A program made the position numbers and the translations under genes. From Clostridia bacterium (GTDB lineage: Bacteria; Bacillota; Clostridia; UMGS1883): a DNA stretch of 49,628 bases. The notes beneath the pieces were generated by a model. That model was not told the origin of the DNA and ran no database searches. It saw nothing but the letters and a program-made list of their open reading frames with translations. The DNA lies in NCBI GenBank assembly GCA_051866635.1, contig JBJDXJ010000023.1:1-49628 (forward strand). The letters run 5' to 3'. Positions 44,652-49,628 of this stretch are shown here, piece by piece (positions within the stretch are counted from its first letter, which is position 1; every line of letters starts with the position of its first letter).

Positions 44652-45113
44652 TCAACTAATTTTGTTATTATTAAGCCAAGCTAAGAAGTTGGCATAATTA
44701 CAGCCCCGTTCGTTTTTCGATTTGTCATACAACTTCTGTAATGTGACCAGGAAAGGCTCAAGCTCCTTGGGAGGAATATCTTCAACGAGCCAGTTATAAA
44801 AATCAGTTTCAGCACAGCGGACGTTATCCCGCATTTTCCATGCTTTTTCGGTGGCGTGGAGTTCAAATGAACGCCGATCGCCGTCACTGCGGATGCGAAC
44901 AATAAAACCTTTATTTTCGAGGTTTGCCACAATGCGGGTTATCATTGCCTTATCAACATGAAGCCTTTTGCTCAAAAACATCTGATTAACTCCGTCATTT
45001 TTGCGGATGAGGTGAAGACATTCATATTCAGTTTCGCTTATGCTGTTTTCTCCCATGGAGCCGCAGGAATACCTGGTGGCAGCACGTGCAATTTTAGTGA
45101 TTTGTCGGTTCAT
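44652..45113 (-). CDS. MarR family transcriptional regulator
   Basis: GVNQ..LS..LHVDKAMITRIVANLENKGFI..DRRS...TEK winged helix. Confidence 0.88.
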   Translation of the reverse strand: MNRQITKIARAATRYSCGSMGENSISETEYECLHLIRKNDGVNQMFLSKRLHVDKAMITRIVANLENKGFIVRIRSDGDRRSFELHATEKAWKMRDNVRCAETDFYNWLVEDIPPKELEPFLVTLQKLYDKSKNERGCNYANFLAWLNNNKIS

Positions 45114-45241
45114 GTTTACTGCTCCTTTTTGTTGAATTTAATAGGTAGTGCTTTGTGACAAAACAATTATATCATAATGAATTTAAATTTCCAACCTGCA
45201 TTTAATTAAATAAAAAATTTTATAAATTTGGAGGTTTTTGT

Positions 45242-46495
45242 ATGAAAAAATTTGTATCTCTATTATTGGCATTGACACTGCTATCAACAGTAGTTTTCGC
45301 CGCAGAGCCCATGGAAACGGTGTTCCGCGTTGTAGACTACCGCAACAATGCCCACAGTACACCAAACTCCACCGCATGGGGAGAGGCTATGTATCAGAAG
45401 GGCAATATGGCCGTTTTTACCAACACCTACAGCGAAAATTATTTGAAGTATTCTCTTTGTTGGGCAGAGCGAACGGGGTATTCCGTTGACACATCAACTC
45501 CCGCACCAAAGTCATTGCTTGCCGCAGATGTGTATGCCGAGCTTTATATGGAAAACGGCGACCAAAAGCTTTTTGAGGCGGCAAGAAATGCGGCGGATTC
45601 AGTAACCGCAGAAAGCTGTGAAACTATCGAAGCTGTTTATATGTCCCTGCCTCTGTTGGGAAAAATGTATGAAATAACCGGCGATGAAAAGTATATGTTG
45701 AAAATTGATGAATACTATTCTCATCTTCGGGAAGTTTTATACGATGAAGGTTCACATCTGTTTTTTGAAAACGCTCAGGCTACTGCCGACAGAGTTTACT
45801 GGTCCAGGGGCAATGGATTTGCTTTAAGCGGACTTGTAGATCTTATTGAAATTTTGCCGGAGGGTGAGTTAAAGAGCAAACTTACGGAAGATTATCTTAA
45901 CTTAGCAGAGGCTGTATTTGCCTGCCGCACCACAGACGGATATTATACCCGTCGCCTTACCGACCACGAATATTATCCCGGCTTTGAAACAGGAGGTACG
46001 GCATATATAATTTATGGACTTGCTAAGGGAATAAATATGGGGCTTCTTGACAAAGACACATACTCAGGCTCAATAAACGCAGGCTTTAAATTCATTGCCA
46101 GCGCTGTTAAAGACAGCGGTCAGGTTGGCTTTGTGCAACCGAGAGACAGTAGCGGCGGAGAGAAAGGAACTGCCCTTGACGGTTCCGCCACAGGTGGTTA
46201 CGCAGCGGGTGCGGTTATGCTCGCCGGAATTGAAACGGAGAAAATGAACAGCGGCCTGACAAGCAATATGGAAATGCTCCGTCCCTATGGAGAAAAACGG
46301 GGATATTCATTTATATATGATACTGTCGGCAAAATTGTCACCGCCGAAAAAGACACAAATACTATAAAGCTTACAATAGGCGAAGCTAAAGCTGTTGTTG
46401 ACGATGAAGAAATTATTCTTACCTCTGGCACTGTGATATTCAACAACAGAACTTATGTTGCCGCAGAGGACTTGGAAAAAATTTTTAATAAGTGA
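45242..46495 (+). CDS. Secreted GH88/GH105-like protein with C-terminal copper-amine-oxidase N-terminal-like domain
   Basis: Signal peptide; YWSRGNGF, ETGGTA, GQVGFVQP, YAAGAVMLAG; tail TIKLTIG...NNRTYV. Confidence 0.7.
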   Translation: MKKFVSLLLALTLLSTVVFAAEPMETVFRVVDYRNNAHSTPNSTAWGEAMYQKGNMAVFTNTYSENYLKYSLCWAERTGYSVDTSTPAPKSLLAADVYAELYMENGDQKLFEAARNAADSVTAESCETIEAVYMSLPLLGKMYEITGDEKYMLKIDEYYSHLREVLYDEGSHLFFENAQATADRVYWSRGNGFALSGLVDLIEILPEGELKSKLTEDYLNLAEAVFACRTTDGYYTRRLTDHEYYPGFETGGTAYIIYGLAKGINMGLLDKDTYSGSINAGFKFIASAVKDSGQVGFVQPRDSSGGEKGTALDGSATGGYAAGAVMLAGIETEKMNSGLTSNMEMLRPYGEKRGYSFIYDTVGKIVTAEKDTNTIKLTIGEAKAVVDDEEIILTSGTVIFNNRTYVAAEDLEKIFNK

Positions 46496-46547
46496 CTTTG
46501 ATAAATGATGTTGCCTTTTAAAAGCGGCGAAATTACAATCAACATTT

Positions 46548-46564
46548 AAACAAAAGCACCGCCC
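46548..46564 (+). repeat. 17-bp direct repeat, right copy
   Basis: aaacaaaagcaccgccc, matching 42716-42732. Confidence 0.75.
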
Positions 46565-46605
46565 GCGAAAGTAATATACTCCCCTTAGAATGTAATTGGG
46601 GATGT

Positions 46606-46715
46606 CATACTGTCGAAAAACTATATCTTTATTGGTGCTACGAATTGCTGAATGCTTATTTAATGCTGATTTGAATTTATGATTGTATTAAGCATTCTTA
46701 TTACTCAACGGTCTG
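46606..46715. mobile_element. Short MITE-like element related to 15250-15482
   Basis: Left end catactgtcgaaaaac; right end reverse complement cagaccgttgagtaat; internal gaatgctta...taagcattc hairpin. Confidence 0.4.
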
Positions 46716-46746
46716 AGGGGTGTTGCACTTATCGCAACACCCCTCA
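46714..46746 (-). terminator. Terminator of the Cthe_2159-like gene
   Basis: Perfect 13-bp stem tgaggggtgttgc-acttatc-gcaacacccctca. Confidence 0.75.
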
Positions 46747-46748
46747 TT

Positions 46749-49370
46749 TTAATCTACATTTTCAATTAATCCGTAGAAAGTATTATTTACCGTTTTACCA
46801 AGTATCTTTGTGCCACCTGTATAGCTTGTCATGGTTTGGTATGTGTAACTTCCGTTTTTAGTCATATCAGGTGTTGATGCATATAGATAACTCCAGTTAA
46901 CCTTAGGCACAATTACAATATTTCCGCTATTGGTTGTAATCTTAATGGGCACTCCTGCACTTCCAGAAGCAGATGTTCCGCCTCCGCCGCCCGGCCCGCC
47001 GGGTCTGTTGGAACCAGATGATGAAGAAGAGGAGGTTGCCACACCCTGAGAGGAATTTATAGTAATTGTCATACTGTTTGTGCCTACACCTATAAGAGTT
47101 CCTCCCATATGGTTAAAGTAACTGCCGGCAGAATCCCCTTTGTCAAAGACTCCGTTTCCTCCGCTTGTAGGACCGTTTACTATAACAACACCGCCTGTCA
47201 TTTCAATACTGCCATTAGAATCCAGACCGTCGCCGTATGCTTCAATATATGTTTTACCGCCCTTTATATAAGCCATGCCGTATGCTGAGGAATCGTCAAA
47301 TCCACCTCCGCCCGGTCCTTGACCCCAAGCGTCGTTCCATGCAAAGAGTCCCATAGCTTGTGTGCCGTCCTCCGCATAATCGCCTGCGGCATTTAAACCG
47401 TCATCGGTAGAATATACATATTGTGTACCACTAAGAACCTTAATAACAGAACCCTCTAATCCTTCATAGGAATGAAGAACATCAATTACGTGACTGTCAT
47501 CACTGCCACCTTCTGTACCTAATGTGAGGATATAGTCAGCATGAAGACCATCATCACCTGAATATATTGTAAAATCTCCGCCTGTGACAGTAAGGTTATA
47601 ATTTGAATGAAGAGCATCATCAGCACTGTTAATATTAAATGTACCGCCTGAAATATTCAACTCCGTAACGCCTTTTATACCCTTGCAGCTGTCTGCATCA
47701 GAGGAAAGGGTAGCAGTATATCCGCCATTTGTCTTAATGGTGAAGTCACCGCCTGAAATGTTTACATTACCTAAGGTATAGTTGGTGCTTGTAACAGTAC
47801 CGTTTGTTTCAGTATCGGTTAGTGCATTGCCTGACTGTATTGCATCACCTGTGCTTTCAATATTGAATGTACCGCCTGATATATCAATACTGTTGTACGC
47901 TTTTAAAAAGTCACTTGAAGACTTACCTGAAACAGTGCCCTCTGTAATTACAATGTTGTGGTTTGAGGTAATAGCATCATCGGAAACATTTAAAATATTA
48001 ATATTTCCGCCTGATACAGTTATTGTACCTGGAACGATAATTGTTTTCTCTGTCACGTTGCCTGTAACAGTTTCTTCCGTTTCACCGACCTGAATACCGT
48101 CGTATCCCTCTGCACCTTCGGCAGTGATTGTTATATTCCCGCCTGAAATTGTTATATCTTCTGTTGCCTTAACTCCGTCTTCGCCTGAAACGATGATAAC
48201 TGTTCCGCCTGATATATTTATTTTGCCGTTACCCAAAATTGGGCTACCGTCATCATCTGTTAATGGAGCATCGTCAAGGGAAAGGGGAACATTTACCTCG
48301 TTTGCCTTTAAGCCTTCGGCACCTGAATTAATGTTTAATGTACCGCCTGAAATTTCAATATAGTTTTCAGCCTGAATACCGTCGCCCCTAAGAGCTGTAA
48401 GGCTAAATGTGCCGCCGCCTATCTCAACACATCCTTTGTCCTGCTCCATAAATCCTGTGTCAGAATCAACAGCATCTGTTTTAATACAGTCACCTTCAGA
48501 AGAATATACGGTAACTGTGCCTGTTTTCTTTGAAAACTTTACGCCGTTGTCACCTTTGATGGCATTATTCACTGCTGTAACAGTTAAAGAAGCGTCTTTC
48601 TTTACTTCCAAATCACTGCCTGAAACAAGGGCGTTCTTATAATTGTCTGTAACAGATAATATGCCTGCACCTGAAATTGTAAGGTCACGCTTTGAATAAA
48701 ATGCACCCTTAGGAGCATCTGTAGATGTATAACCTGAATATTTTTTAGTGCCGCCATATGTAAATGTGTTCACTGAATTATCGGTCATTACAATTGTTAT
48801 TTTACCATTAGCACCGTTAAAGGGAGCAGTGGCAGTGTTGGTAACTGTTACATTATCTAAGGTTATTTCAACCTCATCCTTTTTGCCAAGACTTTCAGAT
48901 ACAACTATTTCACCATCTGCCAGCGTTCCTTCTATTATATATGAACCTGCTGCTTCAATAGTAAGAACTCTGCCGTCAACCGTTACATTTTCAACCCCTG
49001 TTGCATCTATGCTGTCGCCTAAAAGATGAATAATGCCGTCACTTATTTGGGGGACAGAAATAACATCTGTCAAAGGCTCCATGTTTTCGTCCCATATGTA
49101 AACACGGTCATTTGTACTTACGTTATCTAAGGTAATTGTATTTTCGCCCGTTGTAATATTAAAGGGTTGTTTTGAAGCGGTTTTGAAATTGCCACCTTCA
49201 TATGAAGCGGAAAATACATTTACATTTCTGTCTTCATCTGAAGAAATGGTGATTGTAGCTGTACTGCCTGATATATTAATGTCAGTTACATTTACAGCGG
49301 CAGAAGAAAAAATGGGGGTAAGTGCAACTGTCAATGCCGTAAATGCGGAAATAAATTTTTTATTTTTCAC
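46749..49370 (-). CDS. Secreted beta-helix carbohydrate-binding protein (Cthe_2159/DUF4353-like)
   Basis: GTG start at 49370 (SD AAGGAGG); signal peptide; TIEAAGSYIIEGTL, many I(S/T)GG..I.(S/A).DDG(I/L) repeats, YEGLEG, GDGLDSNG, GP/G-rich linkers. Confidence 0.8.
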   Translation of the reverse strand: MKNKKFISAFTALTVALTPIFSSAAVNVTDINISGSTATITISSDEDRNVNVFSASYEGGNFKTASKQPFNITTGENTITLDNVSTNDRVYIWDENMEPLTDVISVPQISDGIIHLLGDSIDATGVENVTVDGRVLTIEAAGSYIIEGTLADGEIVVSESLGKKDEVEITLDNVTVTNTATAPFNGANGKITIVMTDNSVNTFTYGGTKKYSGYTSTDAPKGAFYSKRDLTISGAGILSVTDNYKNALVSGSDLEVKKDASLTVTAVNNAIKGDNGVKFSKKTGTVTVYSSEGDCIKTDAVDSDTGFMEQDKGCVEIGGGTFSLTALRGDGIQAENYIEISGGTLNINSGAEGLKANEVNVPLSLDDAPLTDDDGSPILGNGKINISGGTVIIVSGEDGVKATEDITISGGNITITAEGAEGYDGIQVGETEETVTGNVTEKTIIVPGTITVSGGNINILNVSDDAITSNHNIVITEGTVSGKSSSDFLKAYNSIDISGGTFNIESTGDAIQSGNALTDTETNGTVTSTNYTLGNVNISGGDFTIKTNGGYTATLSSDADSCKGIKGVTELNISGGTFNINSADDALHSNYNLTVTGGDFTIYSGDDGLHADYILTLGTEGGSDDSHVIDVLHSYEGLEGSVIKVLSGTQYVYSTDDGLNAAGDYAEDGTQAMGLFAWNDAWGQGPGGGGFDDSSAYGMAYIKGGKTYIEAYGDGLDSNGSIEMTGGVVIVNGPTSGGNGVFDKGDSAGSYFNHMGGTLIGVGTNSMTITINSSQGVATSSSSSSGSNRPGGPGGGGGTSASGSAGVPIKITTNSGNIVIVPKVNWSYLYASTPDMTKNGSYTYQTMTSYTGGTKILGKTVNNTFYGLIENVD

Positions 49371-49517
49371 GTTATTCCCCTCCTTTACTGCAAATAATAA
49401 TACTTTTTTCAAAAAAGGTCAATAGAAACTGTGTTAAATCTTTGTGTCCAAATCCCCATGAATACGGCTAAGTTTCAAAAGTCACCAAAAAATATTGAAA
49501 AAACTTTCAAAAAAGTG

Positions 49518-49628
49518 TTGACAAATGAAAAATGCTGTGTTAATATAACCAAGGTCGCTGATGAAACAGGCGATGTGAACCTTGAAAATTAAATAGTATA
49601 AGGGCTCAAATAATATTTGAGTAAAACT
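49518..49628 (+). promoter_or_regulatory. Probable rRNA operon promoter and leader; the rRNA gene would lie outside the window
   Basis: A-tract UP element, TTGACA-17 nt-TAATAT (49518-49546), boxA/processing-stem-like gaaccttgaaaattaaatag (49577-49596), leader hairpin gctcaaa/tttgagt; no ORF. Confidence 0.6.

Noticed and set aside
47560-48420. Recurring (a/g)ccgcctga units as a possible CRISPR or DNA repeat array
   Set aside because: They encode the ISGG turns of the beta-helix protein; spacing is irregular and no cas genes are present
131-49425. Many 60-280 aa ORFs antisense to or overlapping the main genes (e.g. 1073-1618, 11025-11855, 41411-42067, 47782-49425)
   Set aside because: They are shadows of well-supported genes and show no recognisable motifs

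Overview
AT-rich chromosomal segment from a spore-forming Clostridia-class (Bacillota) bacterium, judged from spoIIP, PolC, SLH domains and hydF. It mixes housekeeping genes (leuA, fba, xpt, hydF, metF, sfsA, a topB-like type IA topoisomerase, ilvD, ispG, polC) with two two-component systems, a CUT1 ABC importer and several large secreted modular glycan-active or surface proteins. It ends in what looks like an rRNA-operon promoter and leader. No CRISPR array, tRNA, intact transposase or integrase was seen. Most notable: (1) a PolC lacking the usual inserted 3'-5' exonuclease domain, with an intact PHP site and a tandemly duplicated OB-fold; (2) a topoisomerase gene with an apparent ATT start, split exactly at an in-phase A_AAA_AAG slippery heptamer; (3) a DUF4160/DUF2442 toxin-antitoxin-like pair bracketed by a perfect 22-bp direct repeat; (4) a phoA-marR-GH105-like block bracketed by a 17-bp direct repeat; (5) a frameshifted relic behind the SLH gene that matches the C-terminal tail of a 1479-aa secreted protein, plus other modules shared among surface proteins; (6) several structured MITE/REP-like intergenic elements and two small ORFs missing from the ORF track. 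All family assignments come from motif recognition by eye, not database searches.
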